A stretch of 64,000 nt of DNA from Candidatus Phosphoribacter baldrii (GCA_016704565.1 JADIZV010000003.1:91869-155868), one strand, 5' to 3'. Shown: positions 11,503-21,717, numbered from the stretch's first letter. Notes: generated by a model from the sequence alone, not told the origin. Numbers and translations: made by a program.

Positions 11503-13722
11503 ATGGAACCCGTGCGCGCCGACGAGGTGCGGATCCTCGAAGGTCCGAACCTCTACGTCAACCGACCGGCGGTCAAAGTGAGCCTGGTGATGCCCGGGCA
11601 GCTGGGGATGGACGGCCACGAGGCGCTCGCCCTCGGCCGGAGGCTGGGGTTGGGCACGGCCCGGCCAGGTCGGCCCGGCACCGGACAGCGACAGCGCTTC
11701 CTCATGAGGGTCGTCGAACACGTCGTGCGTCGGGTCGCTGCCGAGGCGGGGGTGCGCCGCCTGGCCGTGCGGTCTCGGGCGGGACGGCATACCGAGGAGG
11801 TCGTCGTGGCCGTGCCGTGGCGACGCCGCGGGCGGGCGGTCGCCCTCGGTGAGGCACTGGCCCCACTGCTGACCGCGTTGTCTGAGCCGAACGCAGATGC
11901 GCAGGCTCTCATTGCGGCGGCCGGAGCCGCCGTCGCGGCGGCGCCGGTCGGGGCGCCTGCTGCCGTGATCACCCCCGCCGTGCCCGTTATCACCATCACC
12001 GGAACCAACGGCAAGACGACGACCACGCGGATGGTCGCCCACATGGTCATGACGGCCGGTTTGCGCACGGCCTGGAGCTCGACCGACGGCGTTGTCGTCA
12101 TGGGTGAGATGGTGCAGCCAGGGGACTACTCCGGTCCCGGTGGGGCGCGAGAGGTGCTCGGGACCCCGGGCCTGGAGGTGGGAATCCTCGAGACGGCCCG
12201 GGGCGGGATGCTCCTCAAGGGGATGGGAGTCAACCAGACCGACGTCACGGTGGTGACCAACGTTGCCGCAGATCACTTGGGGCTCAACGGGATCGACACC
12301 CTCGACCAGCTGGCCGAGGTCAAGGCCATCCCCACTCTCATTGTCAAGCCGACGGGGTGGACGGTCCTCAACGGCGACGACCCACGGGTTTGGGCGATGC
12401 GGCACCGGGCCCGCGGCCGGATCTGGGCGTTCTCCCTCGACCCCAACTCGCCGGCCCTGCGTGAGTCGCTCGCTGCCAGCGGGCGAGGCATCACCGTCCT
12501 GGACGGTGAGATCGTCGTCCTGACCCTTGGACGTGACCCTGACCGGCTGGTCAAGGTCGTCGACGTGCCGATGACCCTGGCGGGCCTGTCCCGGATCAAC
12601 ATCGCCAACGTGCTCGGCGCGACGGCCGGTGGGCTGGCTTTGGGGCTGGCTCGGGCGTCGGTTGTCGAGGGGCTGCGGTCGTTCCGGCCCGACCCGGTGC
12701 TCAACGCGGGCCGGTTCAATACCTACTCGGTCCCTCTCGCCGCCGGGGGCTCGGTCTCCGTGGTCGTCGACATGGCGCACAACGAGGCGGGGCTGGAGGC
12801 TCTCCTAGAGGTATGCCGCGGGCTCACCGCTCCCGGTGGCCGGGTGCGGATGGGCATCGGCGGCACGGGAGACCGGCTGCCCGAGGCCAACGCGGCCTTG
12901 GGGGAGATCGCCGGGCGTGGGGCCGACCAGGTGGTGCTGGCCCACAAGCTCAAGTACCTGCGCGGGATGACCCTGGCCCAGATGGACTCCCTGCTGCGAG
13001 AGGGCCTCTCTCGCTCCGGGATGCCCGAGGTCGACGGTTACGAGAGCGAGATCGAGGCCCTGACCGTCCTCCTGGCCGACGCCGACGACGGCGACGTCAT
13101 CGGGCTGATGTGCCACGACCAACGCGACCCGGTGGCTCAGTTGCTCGCCGAGCGGGGTGGCACCGTCGACGAGCCGCGAACCATCCGCCGCAAGGTCATC
13201 GCCTCTCGTGGCCTGCACGAGGCGGAGGATGAGATCGCCGCGGTCTGGGCATTGGGGGACCCGGAAGCCAGGGTGACAGCTGCTGGTCGGTTGGCCGCGG
13301 CCCACCCCTCCGACGCTCGCCTGGCCTACGAGTGGGCGTGTGCCATCGATGCCACGGGAGATCGCGGCCGGGCCGTCTCGATGTACCACAAGGCTCTTGA
13401 CGCGGGTCTGCGCGAGCCGCACCGGCACCGGGCCCAGCTGCAGGCCGCAGCGGCATACCGGGATCTGGATCACCCGGAGATTGCCGTCGAACTGCTCGAC
13501 ACGGTCGGCGCGGGCCACCCCGGCAGTTCCGCGGTCGCCGCGCTGCGGGCGTTGGTGCTGTTGGACACCGGTCAGGCGACCGAGGCCGTCGCCGAGCTCA
13601 TCGACGCGCTGCTGGACCACGCCACTGATGACGACGCAGCGGCATACCGGATCGCGCTGCACCAGGCGGCCGCGCAGCTACGCGTGGCGGCTCGGGAAGA
13701 CCCGGACACGCCGACCGCCTGA
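11503..13722 (+). CDS. CphA-paralogous protein: cyanophycin-synthetase-like N-domain, Mur-ligase (M) domain and a C-terminal TPR-like domain; no ATP-grasp (G) domain
   Basis: The N-terminus (RILEGPNLYVNRPAVKV) parallels the cphA N-terminus (RILETRVYRGPNIWSYEPAV). P-loop ITGTNGKTTTTRMVAHM parallels cphA VTGTNGKTTTSRMIAHI. No GFPVVVKP-type ATP-grasp segment. The last ~170 aa are helical-repeat-like (...AYRIALHQAA). ATG 11503 lies 26 nt after the inhA stop. Confidence 0.75.
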   Translation: MEPVRADEVRILEGPNLYVNRPAVKVSLVMPGQLGMDGHEALALGRRLGLGTARPGRPGTGQRQRFLMRVVEHVVRRVAAEAGVRRLAVRSRAGRHTEEVVVAVPWRRRGRAVALGEALAPLLTALSEPNADAQALIAAAGAAVAAAPVGAPAAVITPAVPVITITGTNGKTTTTRMVAHMVMTAGLRTAWSSTDGVVVMGEMVQPGDYSGPGGAREVLGTPGLEVGILETARGGMLLKGMGVNQTDVTVVTNVAADHLGLNGIDTLDQLAEVKAIPTLIVKPTGWTVLNGDDPRVWAMRHRARGRIWAFSLDPNSPALRESLAASGRGITVLDGEIVVLTLGRDPDRLVKVVDVPMTLAGLSRINIANVLGATAGGLALGLARASVVEGLRSFRPDPVLNAGRFNTYSVPLAAGGSVSVVVDMAHNEAGLEALLEVCRGLTAPGGRVRMGIGGTGDRLPEANAALGEIAGRGADQVVLAHKLKYLRGMTLAQMDSLLREGLSRSGMPEVDGYESEIEALTVLLADADDGDVIGLMCHDQRDPVAQLLAERGGTVDEPRTIRRKVIASRGLHEAEDEIAAVWALGDPEARVTAAGRLAAAHPSDARLAYEWACAIDATGDRGRAVSMYHKALDAGLREPHRHRAQLQAAAAYRDLDHPEIAVELLDTVGAGHPGSSAVAALRALVLLDTGQATEAVAELIDALLDHATDDDAAAYRIALHQAAAQLRVAAREDPDTPTA

Positions 13723-13741
13723 TCCCGGGCGCGGGCGTGGG

Positions 13742-16642
13742 TCAGCCCTCCGTCGTGGCCTCGGAGTCGGACTCCCCGTCCTCGTCGGCTGAGGCGGGAG
13801 TCATGGCGAGGTCCTCGGCCGCGGCGCCGGCGGCGGCGCCGGAAGCGGCCGCCGCGTCGTAGAGCTCCACGGGGTCCAGGTCGGGGTCGGCGACCCCATC
13901 GCCGTGCGAACCCGGCTGGGCCTGGCGGGTCATGTCCTCAAGTGCCGCAAACACCTCGGCGGACTTGTCGACGCAGACCACCACGAGGTCACCGGGGTTG
14001 GCCCGGGCCATGATGTGTCCGACGGCCTGCAACTCGTCCAGGACGATGTCGACTTGGCGGCAGCGCACCCCGCCCTTCTGCATGGCTTCCAGGACGCCCT
14101 CACGGATGAGCTCGGCGGCCTCACCCGGTCGGCGCCCACGCAACCGGGAGTCCTCCCGGACGACCAGGACGTCGAAGTGCCGTGCGGCCACGGCGCCGAG
14201 CTCGCGCAAGTCGGAGTCGCGCCGGTCGCCGGCCGACCCGATAGCCCCGATCCGCGAGACGCGCCCGAGGTCCGCGCGGCCCTCGCGGGTCGCGGCATAC
14301 CGATCGACGAAGTCACCCAGTGCGCGCATGCCGGCGGCGTTGTGGCAGTAGTCGACGAACACTTCGACGTTGTTGACCTCGACGAGGTTGAGCCGTCCGG
14401 GGGAGAGGTAGTAGTTCGTCGTGAAGGTGCGCAGCCCTTGCCGGATGTCGTGCAGCGGAGCCCCCGCGGCAAACGCAGCCCCGGCCGCGGCCAGCGAGTT
14501 GGCGACGTTGAACCGGGCCGTGCCGCCGAAGGTCGAGGGCAACAGGTGGGTCCAGGCCAGCTGCATGGCCCGGCGTCCGTGCTGGATGACGATCATGTCG
14601 CCTCGGTCGGTGGGCTCCAGGTAGACGGCCCGTCCGCCTCGCCGACAGTGGGCGTCGACGAACTCACGGATCTCGCTGCCGGGTGTGGCGAGGGTGAACC
14701 AGATGACCTCCCCAGCACACCGTCGACGCATGGCGCGAACGTGCGGGTCGTCCGCGTTCAGGACGGCAAACCCGTTCTTGGGCACCGCTTCCACGACGAC
14801 CGCCTTGACCGCGGCGAGCTCGGCGAGGGTGTTGATCCCGCGCAGCCCCAGGTGGTCAGGTGCCACGTTGGTGACCACCGCGACGTCGTTGCGGTCATAT
14901 CCGAGTCCCTCGCGGAGTATGCCGCCCCGCGCCACCTCCATGACCGCGAAGTCGACCCGAGGGTTCATCAGGACCATCCGGGCCGACTTCGGTCCGGATG
15001 CGTCGGCCTTGATGACCAGGCGCTCGTCGATGACGACGCCGTCGGTCGAGGTCATCCCGACCTTGCGGCCCAACCCCTTGAAGATGTGGGCGATCATCCG
15101 CGAGGTGGTCGTCTTGCCGTTGGTCCCGGTCACGGCAATGATCGGCACGCGGGACGGGGCGCCCGGCGGGAACAGCAGGTCGACGACCGGCTTGGCGATG
15201 AACTGCGGCACCCCGACAGTGGGGTGGGTGTGCATCCGGAAGCCCGGTGCGGCGTTGACCTCGACAATGGCCCCGCCGGTCTCGCGGACCGGGGCGGCGA
15301 TGTCGGGGCAGATGAAGTCGATCCCGGCGACGTCGAGGCCGACCATCCGGGCAGCCTCCTCGGCCACCTCGATGTTGTCGGGGTGGGCGTCGAAGGTCCG
15401 GTCGATCGAGATCCCGCCGGTGGACATGTTCCCGGTCAGCGCCAACCGCACCATCACCCCATCGGCCGGCACTGAGGTCAGCGAGTAGCCCTGGCCTTCG
15501 AGCACCTCGATGGCGGCGGCGTCGACCTTGATCCGGGTGAGGACCTTCTCGTGGCCCACGCCGCGGCGCGGGTCTGAGTTGGTGATGTCGACAAGTTCCT
15601 TGACGGTGTGCTCGCCGTCGCCGACGACGTGGGCGGGCACGCGCTCGGCAATAGCCTGCATCCGGCCGCCGACGATGAGACAGCGGTAGTCCCGGCCCGT
15701 GACGAACGACTCGACGACGAGGACGCCGCTGCGGGACTGCTCCTTGGCGATGTCGTAGGCCTTCTCGACATCGTCGAGTGAGCGCAGGTTGAGGCAGACG
15801 CCCCGCCCGTGGTTGCCATCCAGCGGCTTGACGACCACGGGGAAGCCGATCTCGCGCGCTGCGTCCAGCACGCCGCGCAGAGTCCGCACCGCGTGCTGCT
15901 TGGGCGTGGGGAGCCCAGCGGCGGCCAGGAGCTTGCCGGTGAGGTCCTTGTCGCTCGCGATGTCGACGGCCAGCGCGCCCGTCCGTGAGGTCATCGTGGC
16001 TCGGATCCGCTGGGCGTGGACGCCCTGCCCGAGCTGCACAAGAGAGGCGGAGTTGAGCCGAATCCACGGGATGTCCCGGCTGACTGCTTCCTCGATGATT
16101 GCGGCGGTCGATGGACCGAACGCAGCCCGGTCGGCCTTGCGCAGGAACGCGTCAAGCTCCTGAGCGAAGTCGAAGCCCTCCTGCGTCTGAACGAGGTGGT
16201 TGACCAGTCGGACGGCGAGCTCCCCGGCCGCGATTCCCACCGTCTCGTCGACGTAGCCGAAGATGACGTTGTAGACGCCGGTGCGCCCTTTGACCATCCG
16301 GGTCTTCCCGCGACGCAGGTCGTGCCCGGCAGCCGTCTGCAATTCAAGGGCGACGTGCTCGGCGACGTGGCCGAGCCAGGTCCCGTCCTCGAGTCGTTCG
16401 ATGAACCCGCCCGCGCGCCCCACCGAGCAGGTATGCCGTCGCAGCCCCGGCAGCAACTCGACCAGGGCCGGAGTGAAGCCCTCGATGGAATCGCTCGGGT
16501 AGCCCTCAAGGACCCCGAGGTCGACGACCAGGTGGACGGCCGGCTCGTAGGACCAGATGTTGGGACCCCGATAGACCCTCGTCTCAAGGATGCGCACATC
16601 CGGCGCGATGGGGCCGGTCGGGGTGGGGTGGTCCTTCGCCAT
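13742..16642 (-). CDS. cphA: Cyanophycin synthetase CphA (N, ATP-grasp G and Mur-ligase M domains)
   Basis: 966 aa. N-domain, ATP-grasp GFPVVVKPLDGNHGRGV, Mur-ligase P-loop VTGTNGKTTTSRM. Ala/acidic C-terminal tail. Confidence 0.9.
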   Translation of the reverse strand: MAKDHPTPTGPIAPDVRILETRVYRGPNIWSYEPAVHLVVDLGVLEGYPSDSIEGFTPALVELLPGLRRHTCSVGRAGGFIERLEDGTWLGHVAEHVALELQTAAGHDLRRGKTRMVKGRTGVYNVIFGYVDETVGIAAGELAVRLVNHLVQTQEGFDFAQELDAFLRKADRAAFGPSTAAIIEEAVSRDIPWIRLNSASLVQLGQGVHAQRIRATMTSRTGALAVDIASDKDLTGKLLAAAGLPTPKQHAVRTLRGVLDAAREIGFPVVVKPLDGNHGRGVCLNLRSLDDVEKAYDIAKEQSRSGVLVVESFVTGRDYRCLIVGGRMQAIAERVPAHVVGDGEHTVKELVDITNSDPRRGVGHEKVLTRIKVDAAAIEVLEGQGYSLTSVPADGVMVRLALTGNMSTGGISIDRTFDAHPDNIEVAEEAARMVGLDVAGIDFICPDIAAPVRETGGAIVEVNAAPGFRMHTHPTVGVPQFIAKPVVDLLFPPGAPSRVPIIAVTGTNGKTTTSRMIAHIFKGLGRKVGMTSTDGVVIDERLVIKADASGPKSARMVLMNPRVDFAVMEVARGGILREGLGYDRNDVAVVTNVAPDHLGLRGINTLAELAAVKAVVVEAVPKNGFAVLNADDPHVRAMRRRCAGEVIWFTLATPGSEIREFVDAHCRRGGRAVYLEPTDRGDMIVIQHGRRAMQLAWTHLLPSTFGGTARFNVANSLAAAGAAFAAGAPLHDIRQGLRTFTTNYYLSPGRLNLVEVNNVEVFVDYCHNAAGMRALGDFVDRYAATREGRADLGRVSRIGAIGSAGDRRDSDLRELGAVAARHFDVLVVREDSRLRGRRPGEAAELIREGVLEAMQKGGVRCRQVDIVLDELQAVGHIMARANPGDLVVVCVDKSAEVFAALEDMTRQAQPGSHGDGVADPDLDPVELYDAAAASGAAAGAAAEDLAMTPASADEDGESDSEATTEG

Positions 16643-16684
16643 TCGAGCTCCTAGCCGGGAGTGGGGAGGATCACACGTTAGTGG

Positions 16685-17635
16685 TTAGGCGGACGGTGGC
16701 ACAGTCGCATGGGCCGGGACCATCGGCGCGCGGTCTTTCGCAGCGACGACAGCGACCTCGATATCGGGGTGGCGCTCGACGAATCGCACGAGTGACACCG
16801 AGTCGAGGTCGAACGTCGCGCCAGTCGGCAACGTGTGCACCTTGGCCCCGGACACCAACAGCGGAGCACCACGCCGTGCCTCGGGGGCATCGGTGACGGC
16901 CTCCCTCGCGTCGAGGACGAACACCGCCCCGGCGCCGACCACCGACAGGAGCCGTTCGTCGCGGATCTCGGCGGCGGTGTTCTCATCGATGCCGACCCCG
17001 AGCAGGCTGGGGGAGTTGGCGACGATCGACAGCAGCCGTCCATAGCGGCCTCGTTGGTCGAAGTGCTGGTCGACGACGACGCCCGTGAGCAGCCCGAGTC
17101 CGGCCGACAGCTGGCTGGAGCGCTGGCGGGGGGTGATCCCTTCGTCGCCGAGGGAGATCATGAACTGGCTCATGATCGAGGCGCCCGCCGACGTTCCGGC
17201 GATGACCGCCCCGCGCCGGTAGGCCCGGTGGATCGCGTCCCCGACCGGCGTGCCGACGACGTTTTGGCTGAGCTTGAGCTGGCTACCGCCGGTCATGAAC
17301 ACCCCGGTGGCTGCGTCGATCGTTGCCACTAACTCGGGCGAGGATGCGGCCGCTCGGGTCGGCGGGTGGACGATCTGGACGTCGGGGCCGGCCTTGAGCC
17401 GGGCGAACACCGTCCGATAGAGCGCGGCGGCCTCAGCGGAGAACGACGAGGCCGTCGGAATGACGACGATCCGGGAGGACCGCCCTCCCGCCAGGCGCAC
17501 GAACCGGCGCAGGACCACCGACCGTCCCAGCTTGTCCTCGGCCCCCCCGATGATGAGCAAGGTGCGCCGCACGGGCCGGGGGGCGGGCGGCATACCGGCC
17601 CCATCGGTGGGGCCCGCAGTGGAAAGCACCGTCAC
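16685..17635 (-). CDS. cphB: Cyanophycinase CphB (peptidase S51)
   Basis: LLIIGGAEDK and GTSAGASIM (serine nucleophile) motifs. The GTG start at 17635 overlaps the serB stop (GTGA). Lies 42 nt upstream of cphA. Confidence 0.85.
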   Translation of the reverse strand: MTVLSTAGPTDGAGMPPAPRPVRRTLLIIGGAEDKLGRSVVLRRFVRLAGGRSSRIVVIPTASSFSAEAAALYRTVFARLKAGPDVQIVHPPTRAAASSPELVATIDAATGVFMTGGSQLKLSQNVVGTPVGDAIHRAYRRGAVIAGTSAGASIMSQFMISLGDEGITPRQRSSQLSAGLGLLTGVVVDQHFDQRGRYGRLLSIVANSPSLLGVGIDENTAAEIRDERLLSVVGAGAVFVLDAREAVTDAPEARRGAPLLVSGAKVHTLPTGATFDLDSVSLVRFVERHPDIEVAVVAAKDRAPMVPAHATVPPSA

Positions 17636-18876
17636 ACCCTAGTCGTCTCGCTCGCACCGGTGAGCGCAGGCGCGGGTGTCGGCGAGCCTGCTTCGGCGTC
17701 GGCGTCCTCGACGTCCTCACGAGTGATGCCCAGCAGGAACAGCACCGCGTCGAGATAGGGCACGTTGACGCTGGCGTCAGCGCGTTCGCGCACGAGCGGC
17801 TTGGCGTTGAACGCAATCCCCAGCCCGGCCGCCGCAAGCATGTCCAGGTCGTTGGCGCCGTCCCCGATCGCGACCGTGCGCGACAGCGGCAGCCCGGCCT
17901 CCGCGGCGAACCGCCGCAGCGCGGCCGCCTTGCCGGCCCGATCGACGATCGGTCCGTCGACGCGACCGGTCAGCCGCCCGTCGGCGACCTCCAGCCGGTT
18001 GGCCAGCACGTGGTCGATGTCCAGCTCCGCCGCCACCGGCCCAACGATCTCAAGGAAGCCGCCCGAGACGAGCGCGACCGTGTCGCCCAGGCGCTTGAGC
18101 GTCCGCACCAATGTCCGCGCCCCCGGGGTGAGCACGATCTCGCCACGGACCTCGTCGAGGACCGAGATGTCCAGCCCTTCCAACAGCGCAACCCGCGCTC
18201 GCAGCGACTCAGCGAAGTCGAGCTCGCCGCGCATTGCGCGCTCCGTGACGGCGGCGACCTGAGCCTGGCAGCCGGCGTGCGCCGCGATGAGCTCGATGAC
18301 CTCCTGTTGGATGAAGGTCGAGTCGACGTCCATGACAACCAGCCGCGACCCGATCCGGGCCAGGCCCGCGGGCGCGACCGCAATGTCGACGCGTTCGGCC
18401 GCCGCCACGGCGGCAAGCTCGGTGCGCAGCCGTGGGACATCGGCGCCCGAGACATCGAGCTCGATCGTCGTCACCGGATAGCTCGACAGCCGTCGGATCC
18501 GGTCGATGTTGGCTCCGTGGGCGGCGATCCGCGCCGTGACGGCAGCGAGCCCCCGCGCCGTGAGCGGTTGGCCGAGGGCCACGACATGGGCTCGGCCGTC
18601 GCGCCGGGTGTTGGAGTCGCCGCGGCCGGCTCTGGTGCGGGTCCGCATGCCCAGGCGGTGGCCGACCATGTGAGCCAGGCTGGTCAACCGGTCAGGGTCG
18701 GCGCCACCGAGCAGGACCGAGAGGGTGAGGTGATCGCGGACCACCATCTGCTCCAGGTCCAGCACGTGCGCCCCGGCGTCGGCAACCGCCGCGAGCACGG
18801 CATACGTGACGCCGGGTCGGTCCTCACCCGAGAGGGTGACACGCAAGGTCGGGGGGGCGGTTCCGGTCACGCCCAC
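17632..18876 (-). CDS. serB: Phosphoserine phosphatase SerB with N-terminal ACT-like domains (SerB2 type)
   Basis: HAD motifs VMDVDSTFIQQE and GDGANDLDML. Two ACT-like repeats upstream. The ORF-track N-terminal 67 aa look like shadow sequence. GTG at 18876 or 18870 is the likely start. Confidence 0.85.
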   Translation of the reverse strand: MGVTGTAPPTLRVTLSGEDRPGVTYAVLAAVADAGAHVLDLEQMVVRDHLTLSVLLGGADPDRLTSLAHMVGHRLGMRTRTRAGRGDSNTRRDGRAHVVALGQPLTARGLAAVTARIAAHGANIDRIRRLSSYPVTTIELDVSGADVPRLRTELAAVAAAERVDIAVAPAGLARIGSRLVVMDVDSTFIQQEVIELIAAHAGCQAQVAAVTERAMRGELDFAESLRARVALLEGLDISVLDEVRGEIVLTPGARTLVRTLKRLGDTVALVSGGFLEIVGPVAAELDIDHVLANRLEVADGRLTGRVDGPIVDRAGKAAALRRFAAEAGLPLSRTVAIGDGANDLDMLAAAGLGIAFNAKPLVRERADASVNVPYLDAVLFLLGITREDVEDADAEAGSPTPAPALTGASETTRV

Positions 18877-18934
18877 CAGGCTAGAGCGTCGCCGGTATGC
18901 CGCCCGCGCCCCGTCCGCGGGCGCGCGGCCCGGG

Positions 18935-19438
18935 TCAGTCGTCGGGGGAGAGGATCTCGTCGGAGGAGAGGATCTCGTGGAGCAGGGCGAGATCGTGGAC
19001 GTCGACCGGGCGTAGGGGATAGCCCGAATGGACCCGCGCCTGCAGCACGGGGGAAGCGCACCGGACGGTGCGTCCACCGATCAGGCCGCCGACGATCGAC
19101 CCTTCCGGGTAGCGGTAACGCCCACCGTCCGGGGCGGCCTGCCACCACCCGCCCGACCCGTCGGGATGGACGGGGTGGACATCGACGACCTGTATGCCGT
19201 CATCCAACTCCACGCGCACCGGCAGCCAGTCGGTGGTGACAACAAAACCCTTGTCCTGCAACGCGTCGAGCACCTGGGCCAGCCGGTCGGCCAACACCAT
19301 GACGTCCAGGTCGCGGTGCACGCGGGTCTGTCGCTCGACGAGGGCATCGACACCCCAGCCGCCGGCGATCCACGGCTGCGCGCCGACCGACTCCAGCAGG
19401 ACGAGCAGGTCCAGGACCTCGATGTCCGACACGGCCAC
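18935..19438 (-). CDS. Nucleotidyltransferase, ANT(2'')/Lnu(F)-like (PF10706-like)
   Basis: WIAGGWGVDALVERQTRVHRDLDVMV and GRTVRCASP resemble aminoglycoside 2''-adenylyltransferase-family proteins. The 3' end carries an 18-bp tandem duplication (18945-18980) encoding EILSSDEILSPDD. Confidence 0.6.
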   Translation of the reverse strand: MAVSDIEVLDLLVLLESVGAQPWIAGGWGVDALVERQTRVHRDLDVMVLADRLAQVLDALQDKGFVVTTDWLPVRVELDDGIQVVDVHPVHPDGSGGWWQAAPDGGRYRYPEGSIVGGLIGGRTVRCASPVLQARVHSGYPLRPVDVHDLALLHEILSSDEILSPDD

Positions 19439-19439
19439 C

Positions 19440-20348
19440 TCAGTCGGCCCCCGTCGCAGGCGTGGAGTCAGATACTGCAGCCGAGCGAGCGTTGACCTCG
19501 TCGCGCCAGGCCAGGACGTCGCGGACCGGTCCGAGGTCGTAGGGAGGAGTGGTCAGACTCACCGTGAGCAGCCGGGTCCCGACGTCGAACAGCGCCTGAG
19601 CCTGGGCGGCGTAGTCCAGCGACGAGTCCTCCGGCAACCGGGCCGGAGTGAACGCCACGCCCGCCGACCGCTCGATCTCCAAGGGGTCCCGCCCTCGTGC
19701 CGCGCACCAGTCGTCGAGCACGAGGTGCTTGTGGCGGATCGTCTCGGGGTCGCCGAACCCGTGCCAGATGTCGGCATGCTCCGCGGTGATCCGCAGCGTC
19801 TTGCGCTCACCGCCACCACCGATCAACACCGGGATCGCGCGCGTCGGCGCCGGATTGAGTCGCGTCCAGCGGTCCTTGAGCACCGGCAGATCGCGGGCCA
19901 GGGCGTCCAGCCGAGACCCGGACGTCCCGAAGTCATACCCGTAGTCGACGTAGTCCCGCTCAAACCACCCAGCGCCGATCCCTAACACCAACCGGCCGCC
20001 GCTGATGTGGTCGACGGTCCGGGACATATCGGCAAGCAGCTGCGGGTTGCGATAGGACATCGACGACACCAGCACCCCGAGCTCGACCCGCTCGGTCGCC
20101 TCGGCCCAGGCCGACAGCAGCGTCCACGCCTCGAAGTGCATCCCGTCCGGGTCGCCGGACAGCGGGAAGAAGTGGTCCCACGTCAGCACCAGGTCGACGC
20201 CAAGCCCCTCCAAAGCCACGCACGTGTCGCGTAACGCGGCATACGGGGCATGTTGGGGGGCGACCTGAACGGCGACGCGCGCGGGTCGTGGGTCACCCAC
20301 AGAGGCCGGTATGCCGTCGCGCCGCTGCCCTTGCGGTTGAAAGCTCAC
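19440..20348 (-). CDS. LLM-class (luciferase-like) oxidoreductase, probably F420-dependent
   Basis: ISGGRLVLGIGAGW and LIGGGGERKTLRITAEHAD motifs of the LLM class. Confidence 0.8.
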   Translation of the reverse strand: MSFQPQGQRRDGIPASVGDPRPARVAVQVAPQHAPYAALRDTCVALEGLGVDLVLTWDHFFPLSGDPDGMHFEAWTLLSAWAEATERVELGVLVSSMSYRNPQLLADMSRTVDHISGGRLVLGIGAGWFERDYVDYGYDFGTSGSRLDALARDLPVLKDRWTRLNPAPTRAIPVLIGGGGERKTLRITAEHADIWHGFGDPETIRHKHLVLDDWCAARGRDPLEIERSAGVAFTPARLPEDSSLDYAAQAQALFDVGTRLLTVSLTTPPYDLGPVRDVLAWRDEVNARSAAVSDSTPATGAD

Positions 20349-20368
20349 CCGCGCAGGCTAACCCGTTC

Positions 20369-21622
20369 CTAGAGAGGAACCTTCTGGCCCTTGCCGATGA
20401 CGGTGATGCCGCCTTCGGTGACATAGAAGCCACGCGACCGGTCGTGCTCGTGGTCGACGCCGATCCGGCAATACTCCGGGACGTAGACGCCCTTGTCGAT
20501 GATGGCGCGGCGGATAACGGCATACCGGCCGACTTCGACGTCGTCGAGCAGGACGCTGTCGGCGATCGTCGCGTAGCTGTGCACGCGGACTTTGGCCGAC
20601 AGCACGGAGTGGTTGACCTGGGCACCGCTGACGACCACGCCGGGGGAGACCATCGAGGACAACGCCTCACCGACCCGGTCGCCCGAGCCGTGGACGAACT
20701 TCGCCGGCGGCAGCGGGGCCATGGTCGTGTAGATCGGCCAGTCGTAGTTGTAGAGGTTGAAGATCGGGTGGACCGAGATGAGGTCCATGTGCGCGTCGTA
20801 GTAGGAGTCCATCGTCCCCACGTCACGCCAGTAGCCGCGGTCGCGTTCGGTGGCGCCGGGCACATCGTTGTCCTTGAAGTCGTAGACGTAGGCGTCGGAT
20901 TCCCTGACGAAGCGCGGCACGATGTCGCCGCCCATGTCGTGCTTGCTGCCCTCAAGGTCGTGGTCTTCGGTGACGGCCTCAACGAGCTTGCTGGCGGTGA
21001 AGACGTAGTTGCCCATCGAGGCGAGAACCTCGTGCGGCGCATCGGGCAGCCCCACCGGGTCGGTCGGCTTCTCGCGGAAGGCCCCGATTTTGCGGGTGTC
21101 AGCTGGGTCGACCTCGATGACGCCGAACTGGTCGGCCAGGCTGATCGGTTGGCGGATCGCAGCGACGGTGAGCCCGGCTCCGGTCTCGATGTGCTGCTGG
21201 ACCATTTGGGAGAAGTCCATGCGGTAGACGTGGTCGGCACCGACGACGACGACGATCTCGGGGCGTTCGTCGTCGAGCAGGTTGAGGCTCTGGAAGATCG
21301 CGTCGGCGCTGCCGAGGTACCAGTTCTTGTCGACCCGCTGCTGGGCCGGCACCGGCGCGACATAGTTGCCGAGCATCGTCGACATCCGCCACGTCTTGGT
21401 GACGTGCTTGTCCAAGCTGTGCGATTTGTACTGCGTCAGCACGACGACCTTGAGATAGCCGGAGTTGACGACGTTCGACAGGGCGAAGTCGATCAACCGG
21501 TAGATCCCTCCGAACGGGACAGCCGGCTTGGCCCGGTCGCGCGTCAGCGGCATGAGCCGCTTGCCCTCTCCACCCGCTAGGACGATCGCCAAGATCTTCG
21601 AGTTTGCGCCTACGCGTGCCAT
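20369..21622 (-). CDS. glgC: Glucose-1-phosphate adenylyltransferase
   Basis: [26 protein letters not shown]-terminus and C-terminal left-handed beta-helix region. Divergent from glgA. Confidence 0.9.
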   Translation of the reverse strand: MARVGANSKILAIVLAGGEGKRLMPLTRDRAKPAVPFGGIYRLIDFALSNVVNSGYLKVVVLTQYKSHSLDKHVTKTWRMSTMLGNYVAPVPAQQRVDKNWYLGSADAIFQSLNLLDDERPEIVVVVGADHVYRMDFSQMVQQHIETGAGLTVAAIRQPISLADQFGVIEVDPADTRKIGAFREKPTDPVGLPDAPHEVLASMGNYVFTASKLVEAVTEDHDLEGSKHDMGGDIVPRFVRESDAYVYDFKDNDVPGATERDRGYWRDVGTMDSYYDAHMDLISVHPIFNLYNYDWPIYTTMAPLPPAKFVHGSGDRVGEALSSMVSPGVVVSGAQVNHSVLSAKVRVHSYATIADSVLLDDVEVGRYAVIRRAIIDKGVYVPEYCRIGVDHEHDRSRGFYVTEGGITVIGKGQKVPL

Positions 21623-21717
21623 GGGACAACCCTAGGGCTCAGCCCCGGTGCGGGGCAGGCCTGTCCATGTCAGGAACGCCACTGTCTCGGCGAACTTTCG
21701 GTGACTACGGTTGACCC

